Of a DNA stretch of 64,000 nucleotides, positions 37,793 through 47,775 are shown one piece after another. Source of the stretch: an uncultured Eubacteriales bacterium (GTDB lineage Bacteria > Bacillota > Clostridia > Oscillospirales > CAG-272); NCBI GenBank assembly GCA_905187695.1, contig CAJJIY010000001.1, positions 6,831 to 70,830 of the forward strand, read 5' to 3'. Positions within the stretch are counted from its first letter, which is position 1; the number at the start of each line of letters is the position of its first letter. The notes below the pieces were generated by a model. It was not told where the DNA came from. It was given only the letters and a program-made list of their open reading frames with translations, and made no database searches. Made by a program: the position numbers and the translations under genes.

Positions 37793-40198
37793 ATGACAAG
37801 CACGGCAGAACGGTATTTGGCGGCCAAACGCACGCTTTTTGACATTTATTTCGACGGTCTTAACAAGCAACAGCAAAAAGCAATCTATCACATTAACCAT
37901 CCGCTTTTGATTCTGGCCGGTGCGGGAAGCGGCAAGACAACGGTTCTTGTGCGCCGGATTGCCTATATCATTCGTTTTGGAAATGCATATGAGAGCAATT
38001 ATGTGCCATACGATCTGGATGACGCAAGAGTAGAGGCTTTGGAAGCGGCCGCGCTGAACCCTCCCGGGAAAGCCGAATTGGAGGCGATCCTTTCGGAGTT
38101 TTCGAACAGTCCCTGTCCGCCTTGGCGGATTTTGGCCATTACTTTTACCAATAAGGCCGCAAATGAAATCAAAACGCGGCTTGCTGCTGCGTTTCCGGAT
38201 GATCCGGAACTTGCCTCCAGCATTTGGGCGGGCACCTTTCACTCGATCTGCATGCGGATCCTTCGGCGTTATAGTGGGGAAGCGGGCCTTAAGAGCGGAT
38301 TTACCATTTATGACGCGGATGACTCCAAAAAAGCTATGCAGGCGGTTCTCCGCGAGCTGAATATTGACGAAAAGGTGGTTTCGGTCAAATCGGCGCTTTC
38401 CGCGGTGGAACGCGCAAAAGAACAACTGATTGAACCTTCCGGATTTGAGGCAACTTTCGGAAATGACTATCGCTACCGACTGATGGGAAAGGCCTATGCC
38501 GCCTATCAGGAGCGACTGGCCGCATCCAACGCTCTGGATTTCAATGACATCATTGTGCGAACGGTCCGGTTGCTTGAAAATAATACAAATATCAGGGAAG
38601 GATATCAGCGCCAGTTCCGCTATGTATCGGTGGATGAATATCAGGATACGAATGGCGCGCAGTTTAAACTGACGGCACTTTTGTCGGGTGGATATGAAAA
38701 TCTGATGGCCGTTGGCGATGATGACCAGAGTATCTATAAATTCCGTGGCGCTACGATCGAAAATATACTCAATTTCGACCGCGTTTTCCCGAGCGCAACA
38801 GTTATCCGCCTGGAACAGAACTATCGCTCCACAAAATATATTTTGGATGCGGCCAATGCTGTGATTGCCAACAATAAGGGGCGAAGGGGAAAGACGCTTT
38901 GGACAGATCGGGCCGCTGGTAAGCGAATTCATGTGCTGACTCCGGACAACCAAAATGCCGAGGCGCGTGCCATTCTGGATGTCATTCAGCATAAAGTGGC
39001 AAGGAAAGAACGGCATTACCGCGATTTTGCCGTCCTTTACCGGACCAACGCGCAATCACAGGCACTGGAAAATGCGTTTGCCCGTAGCGCGGTACCTTAT
39101 CGGATGCTGGGCGGTGTGCGCTTCAGTGACCGGAAAGAAATCCGGGATATTGTGGCCTATCTGCAACTAATCAACAATCACGCCGACCAAGAGCGTCTTC
39201 TTCGTATCGTCAATGAACCCCGCCGGAAAATCGGAGACCGGACGCTTTCTGCCATTTCCGAAATTGCCGCCCAAAAAGGGCTTTCCATGTTTGAGGTTAT
39301 GGAACATGCGGATGAGTATATGGCGCTTGCCCGTAGTTCGGCCGGATTGATGAGCTTCTGCGCGCTTATCAACGAGCTGACGCTTCTGCTACCGACAATG
39401 CCGCTTTCTCAATTCGTGGATGAGGTACTTGACCGTTCCGGATACCGGCAGATGATCAAAGATATGGGGGCAGAGGAAGCCGATCGTCTGGATAACCTGC
39501 AGGAGTTTATTTCCGGCGTGATGGAATACGAAAAGGAGAGCGAACGGCCGAGCCTGACCGAATTCCTGGAGGAAACCGCACTGGTGGCAGATGTGGACCG
39601 CTATGATGAAAGCGCCGACGCCGTGGTCATGATGACCATTCACAGCGCCAAAGGACTGGAATTCAACGAGGTTTTTCTGCCCGGTTTTGAGGAGGGAATC
39701 TTCCCGGGACGACAGACCGTCATGGAAGGCCCGGCGGAAATGGAAGAAGAGCGGCGACTTTGCTATGTGGCAATCACCCGTGCCAAGGATGAACTCTATA
39801 TTCTCCATACCAATGTGCGCACGCTTTACGGCATGACCGGGCACAACCCGGCCTCCCGCTTCCTTTCGGAGATTCCGGAAACGCTGATTGACGAAGAGAA
39901 AATCGAAAAGACGGAAGCCAGCCCGGCGTTTGAGCCGATGGGCAGAAAGATCGACAGACAAAACAGCCGCTCACCTCGTTTTTCGGAAGCCAATCTTGGA
40001 TTTGCCGGAAACGAACGGATGTCCGTTAAATCCGCTCCGGCAATTCAACCGGGTCAGCGCGTCCGACATATGCTTTTTGGTGAAGGCATCATTCTTTCGG
40101 CACAGAAAATGGGAAGTGATATTCTTTACGAAATTGCCTTTGATACCAAGGGAACCAAAAAACTGATGGGCAATTATGCCAAGCTGACAATTATCTGA
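37793..40198 (+). CDS. pcrA: ATP-dependent DNA helicase PcrA (UvrD family)
   Basis: Walker A AGAGSGKTTVL, ITFTNKAANE, VDEYQDTN, YRSTKYIL, MTIHSAKGLEF and the C-terminal Tudor-like VRHMLFGEGII. Confidence 0.95.
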   Translation: MTSTAERYLAAKRTLFDIYFDGLNKQQQKAIYHINHPLLILAGAGSGKTTVLVRRIAYIIRFGNAYESNYVPYDLDDARVEALEAAALNPPGKAELEAILSEFSNSPCPPWRILAITFTNKAANEIKTRLAAAFPDDPELASSIWAGTFHSICMRILRRYSGEAGLKSGFTIYDADDSKKAMQAVLRELNIDEKVVSVKSALSAVERAKEQLIEPSGFEATFGNDYRYRLMGKAYAAYQERLAASNALDFNDIIVRTVRLLENNTNIREGYQRQFRYVSVDEYQDTNGAQFKLTALLSGGYENLMAVGDDDQSIYKFRGATIENILNFDRVFPSATVIRLEQNYRSTKYILDAANAVIANNKGRRGKTLWTDRAAGKRIHVLTPDNQNAEARAILDVIQHKVARKERHYRDFAVLYRTNAQSQALENAFARSAVPYRMLGGVRFSDRKEIRDIVAYLQLINNHADQERLLRIVNEPRRKIGDRTLSAISEIAAQKGLSMFEVMEHADEYMALARSSAGLMSFCALINELTLLLPTMPLSQFVDEVLDRSGYRQMIKDMGAEEADRLDNLQEFISGVMEYEKESERPSLTEFLEETALVADVDRYDESADAVVMMTIHSAKGLEFNEVFLPGFEEGIFPGRQTVMEGPAEMEEERRLCYVAITRAKDELYILHTNVRTLYGMTGHNPASRFLSEIPETLIDEEKIEKTEASPAFEPMGRKIDRQNSRSPRFSEANLGFAGNERMSVKSAPAIQPGQRVRHMLFGEGIILSAQKMGSDILYEIAFDTKGTKKLMGNYAKLTII

Positions 40199-40213
40199 TA
40201 AGGAGGACTGCAT

Positions 40214-40891
40214 ATGAATCAAAAAAAGAAAGGGTTCTGGAACGCCGGATATATGCCGTTTTTAATAGCTTTTGCGGCATTGCTGATGTTCATTTTTGCC
40301 GGCGTGACCAAAAATGTGGCCGGCCGGGTGATTCTGATCATTCTCAGTGTTCTGGCACTGTGTGCCGGAGGATATCTGATGTTCTGCAATTATCGCGAAA
40401 ACGGCATGCGTGGGCACGGACAAAATCTGTTTCTTTATGACCGCAGACGCAAAAAGACCGTTTCTCCGGATTCGTTGAATGTTGCTTTTGTCAATGATAA
40501 CCTGACGCATCTGCTTCGGCGCTATGTAACGGATACACGCGACCTTTGGCGTGGATTTCCGAAAGGTCTGGTACTTCAGATGGAAGCCATGCCGGCACTG
40601 GCTGCACCGGTTGCTTTCAAAATGTTGCTGGATCTCTCGCTTTGCTCCGAAACCGAAATCACGGATTATTTTTGTGAAGCCAAAGTTGAGACTGTTGCGG
40701 CGCTTTGCCGGGCGGTCAAACAGGCAGGAGATAAGGAGATGGCCGACTTTATCTTTTCTCTCAAACGAAACGATGAACAAACAGAAAGAATTATTCCTTT
40801 TTTCAGAAAAAACAAACGCGTATTTGAGGGAAGACTTTTAAATTATATCAAAGAGCACCTAAACGAATATACATTCCGAAAAGATGTTTAA
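40214..40891 (+). CDS. hypothetical membrane-anchored protein
   Basis: AAGGAGG SD. Two N-terminal TM helices are followed by a soluble domain of about 150 aa. No recognised motifs. A terminator follows directly. Confidence 0.6.
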   Translation: MNQKKKGFWNAGYMPFLIAFAALLMFIFAGVTKNVAGRVILIILSVLALCAGGYLMFCNYRENGMRGHGQNLFLYDRRRKKTVSPDSLNVAFVNDNLTHLLRRYVTDTRDLWRGFPKGLVLQMEAMPALAAPVAFKMLLDLSLCSETEITDYFCEAKVETVAALCRAVKQAGDKEMADFIFSLKRNDEQTERIIPFFRKNKRVFEGRLLNYIKEHLNEYTFRKDV

Positions 40892-40903
40892 AAGCATTTT
40901 TAA

Positions 40904-40938
40904 AATCCGGGCTGAAAATCAGCCCGGATTTTTCTTTC
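40904..40938 (+). terminator. intrinsic terminator after gene 40214-40891
   Basis: AATCCGGGCTGA, loop AAA, TCAGCCCGGATT, followed by TTTCTTTC. Confidence 0.8.
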
Positions 40939-41018
40939 ATGTCAGGTAAAAAATAAGGAGTTTAGTGAAGGAAAAAATGAAGAAAATAAAAAGGAGCTTT
41001 CTTTGAAAGAGGGGGATC

Positions 41019-41807
41019 ATGATGAAAAAAAGTTTTTTTGCCGCGGCACTTGCACTTTTTTTGATTTTCACTACGATGATAAGCGGATCAGCGGCCAAAA
41101 CCGGAGAATACCACTGGTATTTCAAGAAAAATGACAGTCATACGCAACCGCCTATTCCATCGGAATTTTCATTTATTGAAGATCTTGACGGAATTTTTAT
41201 CGACCACAAGCACGGCGATTCTGAAAAGGAGCGGGTCATCTATCTGACATTTGATGCAGGATATGAGAACGGAAATGTGGAAAAAGTGTTGGATGCGCTT
41301 CATGAAGCCGGCGTGCCGGGCGCGTTTTTCGTGCTTTCTCATTTTGTTTCGGCGTGTCCGGATCTAATCTTGCGCATGGAAGAAGAAGGGCATCTGATCT
41401 GCAATCATACGGCGCATCATAAAAATCTGTCTTTTGCTTCCCGATCCGAGATCGAATCCGAAATCAAAGGATTGGAAGATGCCGTCCGAGAAGTGACCGG
41501 ACATGAAGTGGCTCGCTTTTTCAGACCTCCGGAAGGAAGTTTTTCAAGGCCGATGTTGGAAACGGTCCACGAACTGGGATATCACACGGTTTTCTGGAGT
41601 TTTGCCTATGCCGATTGGGACAATGCAAAGCAGCCGGATCCGAAAGTGGCACTTGACAAAATTCTTGCGCATCTTCACAACGGAGCGGTCATTTTATTGC
41701 ATCCGACTTCCGCTACCAACGCGCAGATTTTATCGCAACTGATCTGCGAAGCAAAAAAGGAGGGCTACCGTTTCGGTACGCTAAGTGAGTTATGCGAAAA
41801 GGAATAA
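41019..41807 (+). CDS. pdaA: delta-lactam-biosynthetic de-N-acetylase-like polysaccharide deacetylase
   Basis: Signal/anchor MMKKSFFAAALALFLIF. NodB domain with YLTFDAGYENG, FFVLSHFV and CNHTAHH, the PdaA-type variant lacking the first Asp pair. Confidence 0.8.
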   Translation: MMKKSFFAAALALFLIFTTMISGSAAKTGEYHWYFKKNDSHTQPPIPSEFSFIEDLDGIFIDHKHGDSEKERVIYLTFDAGYENGNVEKVLDALHEAGVPGAFFVLSHFVSACPDLILRMEEEGHLICNHTAHHKNLSFASRSEIESEIKGLEDAVREVTGHEVARFFRPPEGSFSRPMLETVHELGYHTVFWSFAYADWDNAKQPDPKVALDKILAHLHNGAVILLHPTSATNAQILSQLICEAKKEGYRFGTLSELCEKE

Positions 41808-42484
41808 AAATCAGATTTGCCTGTCTGTTAAGTGTGGTCTTGCTCCTTTTTTCCACCCTTTGCGCTTCGGCCAGTGTAAAGGTGATTTACCGTTTTGCCG
41901 GAAAAGACGGTAAAAAACTGGTGGCACTGACCTTTGATGACGGGCCGCATCCGCGATATACCCCGCAGATTTTAGACATTCTGAAAGAGTTTGGTGTGTG
42001 CGCTACCTTTTTTGCCGTGGGAACCAATGCAGAGACCTATCCGGATCTTATCAAACGCGAAATGGCAGAAGGCCACGAAGTGGGGAATCATTCCTATAAC
42101 CATTACCACACTGCGCGCATGAGCGCAGAGGTTTTAGTTCGCGACATGGCTGCATGCAGTGAGACGCTGGAACGGATCACCGGCCAGAAACTCCGCTATT
42201 TTCGCCCGCCGGAAGGCGTCTGCACGCCGGAAATCAAAGCTTTTTGCGAGGAGCGCGGATATACGATCGTGCTTTGGAGCGTGGATACCCGCGATTGGGC
42301 GCATACGCCTGTCAAAGAAATTGTCCGGAATGTGGCGTCAAATACCCGGAACGGCTCTGTGATTTTGATGCATGATTTTACCGGAAAAAACAGCCCGACT
42401 CCGTCAGCGCTCCGGCAGATCATACCGATGCTTCTGGAATCGGGCTATCAATTCGTAACAATCAGTCAGCTTCTGGAGGGGTAG
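41792..42484 (+). CDS. polysaccharide deacetylase family protein (NodB domain, PdaB-like)
   Basis: Signal peptide. Canonical NodB motifs ALTFDDGPHP, GNHSYNH, RPPEG and LMHD. Confidence 0.88.
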   Translation: MRKGIKIRFACLLSVVLLLFSTLCASASVKVIYRFAGKDGKKLVALTFDDGPHPRYTPQILDILKEFGVCATFFAVGTNAETYPDLIKREMAEGHEVGNHSYNHYHTARMSAEVLVRDMAACSETLERITGQKLRYFRPPEGVCTPEIKAFCEERGYTIVLWSVDTRDWAHTPVKEIVRNVASNTRNGSVILMHDFTGKNSPTPSALRQIIPMLLESGYQFVTISQLLEG

Positions 42485-43406
42485 CGTTTTCTTCGTAGGG
42501 GTCTATCATATAGCGCTTGATGTTCGGATAAGCGGCATAGACCCCGATGAAGGAAAGAAGCGGCAAAAGGTAAAAGAACGGGAGCACGATGAAAACCGAA
42601 ACGCCCCGGGACAGGCCAAAGAAGATGAGAAAAAGATTGGCTCCAAGGATCAGTGCTATACCCAACAGCGCCATCAGATTTCGCTTGATGCCAAGCAGAG
42701 AAAAGATCAATGCGTTTTTTAACAGTTTTCTGATGGAAAGGTCAAAGGTGATCATCATCGGATAGATATAAAAACGCATGACCGTGTAGAGCAAGCACAG
42801 AAAAATGATGATGGCATAGAAAATACCGGAAAGAAAATCGCCGGTGGAAAGCAGGAAATAATAAAGGTCAAATCCCAGCAGTGTGATGACGATGAAATCT
42901 ATCATGCCAAAGAAGAGACCTTGTTTCCAGTTCTTTTTAATGGCATAAAAATAATCAGACAGAAGAAAACAGGAATCTCCGCGCACCAGGCTCCTGATGT
43001 TGTAATAAGCTCCGACATGTTGCCAACCGAAGGTAAGAAAAAGGAAAGCCATCAATAGGATCATCCAGGCAATCCGTCCATCCGTCGGCACAGGCACATC
43101 CAGCGGTTCTCCGAAAAAGGAAAGAAAGATGCCGGCACTTGGAGAGTTTCCCGCAAGATAAAGCCCGGCAAACGGCGCGTAAAGCGGGGAAGTAACAGTC
43201 GGCACAGTGGGGCTGTAAAAATAAAGCAAGATAGTGACAACGATCGGCGCGGCAAGGAAGATCATAAACAGATTCAGCGTGAGAAGTTTGCCTGCTTTCC
43301 GCCAAAGGAGCTTGAAAAAATAGGAAAGCGTTGGTGTGGTGTCTTCCGGCAGAAGGTCCGGACGATCGGTACGGCGGAAAAAGGATCTCTTTTTTTCGTT
43401 TTCCAT
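42462..43406 (-). CDS. YesL/DUF624-like polytopic membrane protein
   Basis: ORF 42462..43484 trimmed to ATG 43406. LSYFFKLLWRKAGKLLTLNLFMIFLAAPIV resembles the YesL family N-terminus. The 3' end overlaps the convergent deacetylase gene by 23 nt. Confidence 0.55.
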   Translation of the reverse strand: MENEKKRSFFRRTDRPDLLPEDTTPTLSYFFKLLWRKAGKLLTLNLFMIFLAAPIVVTILLYFYSPTVPTVTSPLYAPFAGLYLAGNSPSAGIFLSFFGEPLDVPVPTDGRIAWMILLMAFLFLTFGWQHVGAYYNIRSLVRGDSCFLLSDYFYAIKKNWKQGLFFGMIDFIVITLLGFDLYYFLLSTGDFLSGIFYAIIIFLCLLYTVMRFYIYPMMITFDLSIRKLLKNALIFSLLGIKRNLMALLGIALILGANLFLIFFGLSRGVSVFIVLPFFYLLPLLSFIGVYAAYPNIKRYMIDPYEENATPPEAD

Positions 43407-43420
43407 GTTTAACTTCTTTC

Positions 43421-43978
43421 TTAGGTAATGAGGGGAATGGCATCCATAAGACGGGACCAGAGCAGAAACAGAACCAGTGAGCAAACTGATAAAATAAGTG
43501 AAATCAGCAAATAACAGCCAAAATGTTTTGAAAAAATCAGGCGGAAATTCCGTTCTCTAAAGAAAAAGGCAAAGTAACATCCCTTTTCGGCGGCCGCCGT
43601 ATACAGAAAAATCCCGGCAAGGAGAAGAAAAAATGTAGCGTTAAACGGCCAAAAGCCGAGGGCACGGTTTTGAAGCAATAAGGCAACCCTTCTTAAAAGC
43701 AACGCGTCAAAGAAGGATTTTACAATGGTCAGAAGCGAAAGGTACGGTGCAAATATCGCAAGAAGAGCCCCCAAAAGTGCCAGTGGCACAAACAGTGCTT
43801 CCAAAAACGCAAAACTTTGGGGTATTAAGAAAGAAAAATATTTCAGTGGAAATATCAGTGAAAAAATCAGCCCCAAAAGATAAAAAACAAGAAAACGGAA
43901 ATAAAGCCGGCCGGGAAGATTCTCAACGGTAGTCGTGGTCACACCGAGTGCTTTTTTCACAAGATCACCCCTGCCCAT
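43421..43978 (-). CDS. hypothetical polytopic membrane protein
   Basis: ORF 43421..43990 (TTG); ATG at 43978. About 5 TM segments. A sigma-A-like promoter lies at 44006-44034. Confidence 0.5.
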   Translation of the reverse strand: MGRGDLVKKALGVTTTTVENLPGRLYFRFLVFYLLGLIFSLIFPLKYFSFLIPQSFAFLEALFVPLALLGALLAIFAPYLSLLTIVKSFFDALLLRRVALLLQNRALGFWPFNATFFLLLAGIFLYTAAAEKGCYFAFFFRERNFRLIFSKHFGCYLLISLILSVCSLVLFLLWSRLMDAIPLIT

Positions 43979-44005
43979 TATATGGAGCAAGCGTTCTCTT
44001 TTATG

Positions 44006-44034
44006 ATTTTAACATATTTTCAAAAGAAAAGCAA
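44006..44034 (-). promoter_or_regulatory. sigma-A type promoter for membrane protein gene 43421-43978
   Basis: On the - strand: TTGCTT, a 17-nt spacer, then TAAAAT. Confidence 0.5.
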
Positions 44035-44065
44035 GACGAAAAGATTATTCCGAAGAGAATTCGGT

Positions 44066-44097
44066 AAAAAGAAAGAGCGCGCCGGCGCTCTTTCTTT
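44066..44097 (-). terminator. intrinsic terminator after clpX
   Basis: AAAGAAAGAGCGC, loop GCCG, GCGCTCTTTCTTT. A T-tract follows on the - strand. Confidence 0.8.
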
Positions 44098-44098
44098 A

Positions 44099-45478
44099 TT
44101 ATGCGTCAAGCGTATCGTCGGCGCAGTCTGTGTCTTCGGCTTCTGTCGTTTCTTTTTGCGGCAGATCACGCGCGAGGATATAGCGCGGCTTTTCATCTCC
44201 GCGCACGGCGGCGGCGGTAACAACCACCTCGCACACATCTTTGCGCGCCGGAATTTCAAACATGGTCTCCAGCATCAGACTTTCCATGATGGCACGAAGT
44301 CCGCGTGCGCCGGTACCACGGCTGAGGGCTTTGTTTGCGATTTCCTCAACAGCGCCTTTTTCAAAGGTCAGCTTGACTCCATCCATTTCAAACATTTTTT
44401 CATACTGACGGGTCAATGCGTTTTTGGGCTCTTTCAGAATGCGTACCAGTGCGTCCTTGTCCAGATCCGAAAGGGAAACAATCAGCGGAATCCGGCCGAC
44501 CAATTCTGGGATCATGCCGTATTTTACAATATCATGCGGAATGACATCTTTGAAAATGCCCGCTTTTTTCTTTTCGCTTTTTTTAAGGATCTCGCCGCCA
44601 AAGCCAACGGTCTGATTGCCTTTGCGTTTTTCAATGATACCTTCAAGGCCCTCAAACGCCCCGCCGCAGATAAAAAGAATGTTTTTGGTGTTGATCTGGA
44701 TAAATTCCTGATTGGGGTGTTTCCGCCCACCCTGCGGCGGCACATTGGCAACCGTTCCTTCCAGGATCTTCAGCAATGCCTGCTGCACCCCCTCGCCCGA
44801 AACATCACGGGTGATGGAACGATTTTCGCTTTTGCGTGCAATCTTGTCGATTTCATCAATATAAATGATGCCGCGTTCGGCCAGCGGAATGTTGAAATCA
44901 GCCGCCTGAATCAGACGAAGCAAGATGTTTTCAACATCTTCTCCGACATAGCCGGCTTCTGTCAGCGTGGTCGCATCGGCAATGGCAAAAGGAACCTGCA
45001 GGGTTTTTGCCAGAACCTGTGCCAAATAGGTTTTTCCCACACCGGTTGGGCCGATCAGCAACACATTGCTTTTTTGAAGTTCCAGATCATCGGTTTCTGT
45101 TTTTTCTTTTTTGGACGCTTTCCCTTTTTTGCGGCGATCCTCCTCTTTCTGCCGTTCTTCGGCATAGAGAACCCGTTTATAATGGTTATAAACAGCCACC
45201 GAAAGTGCGACTTTTGCGTCATCCTGTCCGATCACATAGCGATCCAGTGTATTTTTGATCTGCGTGGGCCGGGGGAGCGTGTTCAGCGTAAATCCGGAGG
45301 ATTCCTCCATTTGAGAGGTGGTTTCTTCAATCAGTTCTTCACAGGCGTTGACGCAGAAATCACAGATATAAAGACCAGTGGGGGAGGGAATGAGAAAATT
45401 GGCTTGCGTTTCGTTCCGGCCGCAAAAAGAACAATAACGGGAGGCTCTTCCGCCTTTTCCGGTGGTTGTGTTTGCCAT
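44099..45478 (-). CDS. clpX: ATP-dependent Clp protease ATP-binding subunit ClpX
   Basis: Zinc ribbon CSFCGR..CDFCV, Walker [18 protein letters not shown] and the pore loop GYVGEDV. It also has a charged insertion before Walker A and an acidic C-terminal tail. Confidence 0.96.
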   Translation of the reverse strand: MANTTTGKGGRASRYCSFCGRNETQANFLIPSPTGLYICDFCVNACEELIEETTSQMEESSGFTLNTLPRPTQIKNTLDRYVIGQDDAKVALSVAVYNHYKRVLYAEERQKEEDRRKKGKASKKEKTETDDLELQKSNVLLIGPTGVGKTYLAQVLAKTLQVPFAIADATTLTEAGYVGEDVENILLRLIQAADFNIPLAERGIIYIDEIDKIARKSENRSITRDVSGEGVQQALLKILEGTVANVPPQGGRKHPNQEFIQINTKNILFICGGAFEGLEGIIEKRKGNQTVGFGGEILKKSEKKKAGIFKDVIPHDIVKYGMIPELVGRIPLIVSLSDLDKDALVRILKEPKNALTRQYEKMFEMDGVKLTFEKGAVEEIANKALSRGTGARGLRAIMESLMLETMFEIPARKDVCEVVVTAAAVRGDEKPRYILARDLPQKETTEAEDTDCADDTLDA

Positions 45479-45496
45479 ACTTACCTCTGAAATGAT

Positions 45497-46102
45497 TTAT
45501 GCGCGCTTGGCCAGGACCTTGTCAACCAGTCCGTAAGCCAGCGCCTGTTCGGCGGTCATAAAGTTGTCCCGATCGGTATCTCTCTCAATCTGAGCAAGGT
45601 CACGGCCGGTGTTTTCGGCCAGGATCCGGTTAAGACGATCACGGGTGCGCAGAATCAGATCCGCCTGAATTTTGATGTCAGAAGCCTGACCTTTCGCACC
45701 GCCCAAGGGCTGGTGGATCATGATCTCACTGCTCGGAAGCGCAAGGCGCTTGCCCTTCGTACCCGAAGAGAGCAGAAACGCGCCCATGGAGGCGGCCATG
45801 CCGATGCAGATTGTTGAAACATCGCATTTGATATAATTCATGGTGTCGTAAATGGCCATACCGGCTGTGACAGAGCCGCCGGGGCTGTTGATATAAAAAC
45901 TGATATCCTTGTCCGGATCCTGAGCTTCCAGGAAGAGCATTTGCGCCACTACCAACGAAGCTGTGGCGTCATTGACTTCATCGGAAAGAAAAATAATGCG
46001 GTCGTTAAGCAACCGGGAAAAAATGTCGTAAGAGCGCTCGCCATGGCCGGTTTGTTCCACAACCATGGGAACCAGCGCGTCATTTCTGAAAAAATCCATC
46101 AT
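45497..46102 (-). CDS. clpP: ATP-dependent Clp protease proteolytic subunit
   Basis: [19 protein letters not shown], catalytic Ser in [11 protein letters not shown] and His in IMIHQPLGG. Confidence 0.96.
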   Translation of the reverse strand: MMDFFRNDALVPMVVEQTGHGERSYDIFSRLLNDRIIFLSDEVNDATASLVVAQMLFLEAQDPDKDISFYINSPGGSVTAGMAIYDTMNYIKCDVSTICIGMAASMGAFLLSSGTKGKRLALPSSEIMIHQPLGGAKGQASDIKIQADLILRTRDRLNRILAENTGRDLAQIERDTDRDNFMTAEQALAYGLVDKVLAKRA

Positions 46103-46198
46103 AATTCTTCAAAAACCTCCATTTTTAGACTTTTGGGGGGAATACGACCGTAGCCGCGGACCTTTGAGCCGCGGCTACGAAGAAGACGGGAAAATCGT

Positions 46199-47668
46199 TT
46201 ATGCTTTTTCGTCCGCTTCAGGAGCCTCTTCTTTAGCTTCTTTTTTCGCGGCGGGTTTCTTTGCGGTGGTTTTGGTCGCGGTCTTTTTCGCGGCCGTTTT
46301 GGGAGTTTCGGCTTTTTCTGCCGTGGTTTTCTTCGTGGCAGTCTTCTTGGCGGCCGGTTTCTTTTCCGTTTTAGCGGTTTCGGGAGCGGCGTCGGTCACG
46401 GTTGCGTTGCTACGGACAAATTCCATGGCTTTCTTGACCTTCATATCCTCGGAAATGGCATCTTCCGGAACGCTTTCCTTGACCTTGTCAACGGGCATAT
46501 TATATGCCGTGGCAATACGGTTGTATTCGCCGTCAATGTCTTCGGCCGTGGCCTCAATTTTTTCAAGCTCCACAATTTTTTCAAGTGCCAGACGCGCCTT
46601 GACCTGACGCTCTGCCTGCGGGCGGAACTGCTCGCGGAGTTTATCCAGCGTCATGCCGGTATATTTGAGGTAAGTGTTGAGGTCAAGCCCGGACATCCGC
46701 AGACGGTTGTCATAGTCGCGCAGGAAGTTTTCGGCTTCGGCATCAAACATGGGGGCGGGAATATCGGCTTTCAGGCCGGAGATCAGTTCGTCCACCAGTG
46801 CCTCATCTACGGCGCTGTCAGCGCTCTGTTCATGTCTTTTCTGAATCTTTGCCTTCAAATCAGCCTTGTATGCATCAAAGGTGTCAAATTCGGAAACATC
46901 TTTGGCAAAGTCGTCATCCAACTCGGGAAGTTCCACTTTGGTCAGCGCGTGAATCTTGCACTTGAAAGTTGCATCTTTGCCGGCCAAATCCTTGGAATGA
47001 TACTCGGTGGGGAAGGTAACATTGACATCAAACGCATCATCTACTTTGTGGCCGATGACCTGATCCTCAAATCCGGGAATAAAGGTTCCGGAACCGAGTT
47101 TCAGCGCGTAATTTTCGCCTTTGCCGCCGTCAAATGCTTTTCCTTCGCAAAAACCTTCATAGTCGATCACAGCCGTATCGCCGGATTCGGCCGCGCGTCC
47201 CATCACTTCGGTCTCGCGGGAGTTGCGCTCGCGAACCGTGTTGATTTCGGCGTCAAGCTCCGCATCGGTCACGGGAGCAACCGTGCGGGTGGCGGTAAGC
47301 CCTTTATAAGCGCTGAGTTCCACATCGGGTTTGACATAAACCTTTGCGGACAGCACAAGACCGTTTTCGTCCAGAGACACAATGTCCATTTCGGGTTGAG
47401 CAACAGGAGAAATGCCGGATTCCTTCACGGCATCGTTATACACACCGGGAATGAGGTCATTGATGGCAGTTTCATAGAAAACTTCTTTGCCGTACATCTT
47501 TTCGATGATGGCGCGGGGCGCTTTGCCTTTTCTAAAACCGGGAACGGTGATTTTTTTACTTTCCTGCTGGAAAGCCTTCGTTACGGCTTCGTCAAAAGTT
47601 GCTTTGTCTACCGAGATCTGCAACTCAAACTTGCCGCCCTCGATTTTTTCAGCTTTCACCAATTTCAT
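46199..47668 (-). CDS. tig: trigger factor, with Lys/Ala/Thr-rich C-terminal extension
   Basis: ORF 46199..47683 trimmed to ATG 47668 behind GGAGGAAG. VPGFRKGKAPRAIIEKMYG ribosome-binding loop and FKBP domain GFEDQVIGHKV. The tail is KKPAAKKTATKKTTAEKAETPKTAAKKTATKTTAKKPAAKKEAKEE. Confidence 0.94.
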   Translation of the reverse strand: MKLVKAEKIEGGKFELQISVDKATFDEAVTKAFQQESKKITVPGFRKGKAPRAIIEKMYGKEVFYETAINDLIPGVYNDAVKESGISPVAQPEMDIVSLDENGLVLSAKVYVKPDVELSAYKGLTATRTVAPVTDAELDAEINTVRERNSRETEVMGRAAESGDTAVIDYEGFCEGKAFDGGKGENYALKLGSGTFIPGFEDQVIGHKVDDAFDVNVTFPTEYHSKDLAGKDATFKCKIHALTKVELPELDDDFAKDVSEFDTFDAYKADLKAKIQKRHEQSADSAVDEALVDELISGLKADIPAPMFDAEAENFLRDYDNRLRMSGLDLNTYLKYTGMTLDKLREQFRPQAERQVKARLALEKIVELEKIEATAEDIDGEYNRIATAYNMPVDKVKESVPEDAISEDMKVKKAMEFVRSNATVTDAAPETAKTEKKPAAKKTATKKTTAEKAETPKTAAKKTATKTTAKKPAAKKEAKEEAPEADEKA

Positions 47669-47775
47669 TTTTTCTTCCTCCAAAAGATAGAAAAATTCAC
47701 ATACAGCTTATTTTAGCAATTTCGCGCCTTTTTGTCAAGTCATTTCCATAAAATAAAATGAAAGGAATGACAAAA

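Noticed and set aside
43982-45490. 502-aa ORF on the + strand. Similar very long ORFs occur at 37622..39055(-), 58435..59619(-), 25362..26666(-), 33103..34254(-), 34300..35460(-), 15275..16345(+), 19037..20056(+), 2876..3973(-) and 46832..47716(+).
   Set aside because: Each lies exactly antisense to a strongly recognisable gene (clpX, pcrA, purA, dnaE, secA, topoisomerase A, aminopeptidase, tsaD-like/xseA region, tig). They lack an SD and have low-complexity, R/G/F-rich translations. These are codon-bias shadow ORFs, not overlapping genes.
46149-46179. Perfect 11-bp hairpin CGTAGCCGCGG/CCGCGGCTACG between tig and clpP, considered as an ncRNA.
   Set aside because: On the - strand it directly follows the tig stop and lacks a U-tract. 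It is most simply a partial terminator or mRNA-stabilising hairpin within the tig-clpP-clpX unit.
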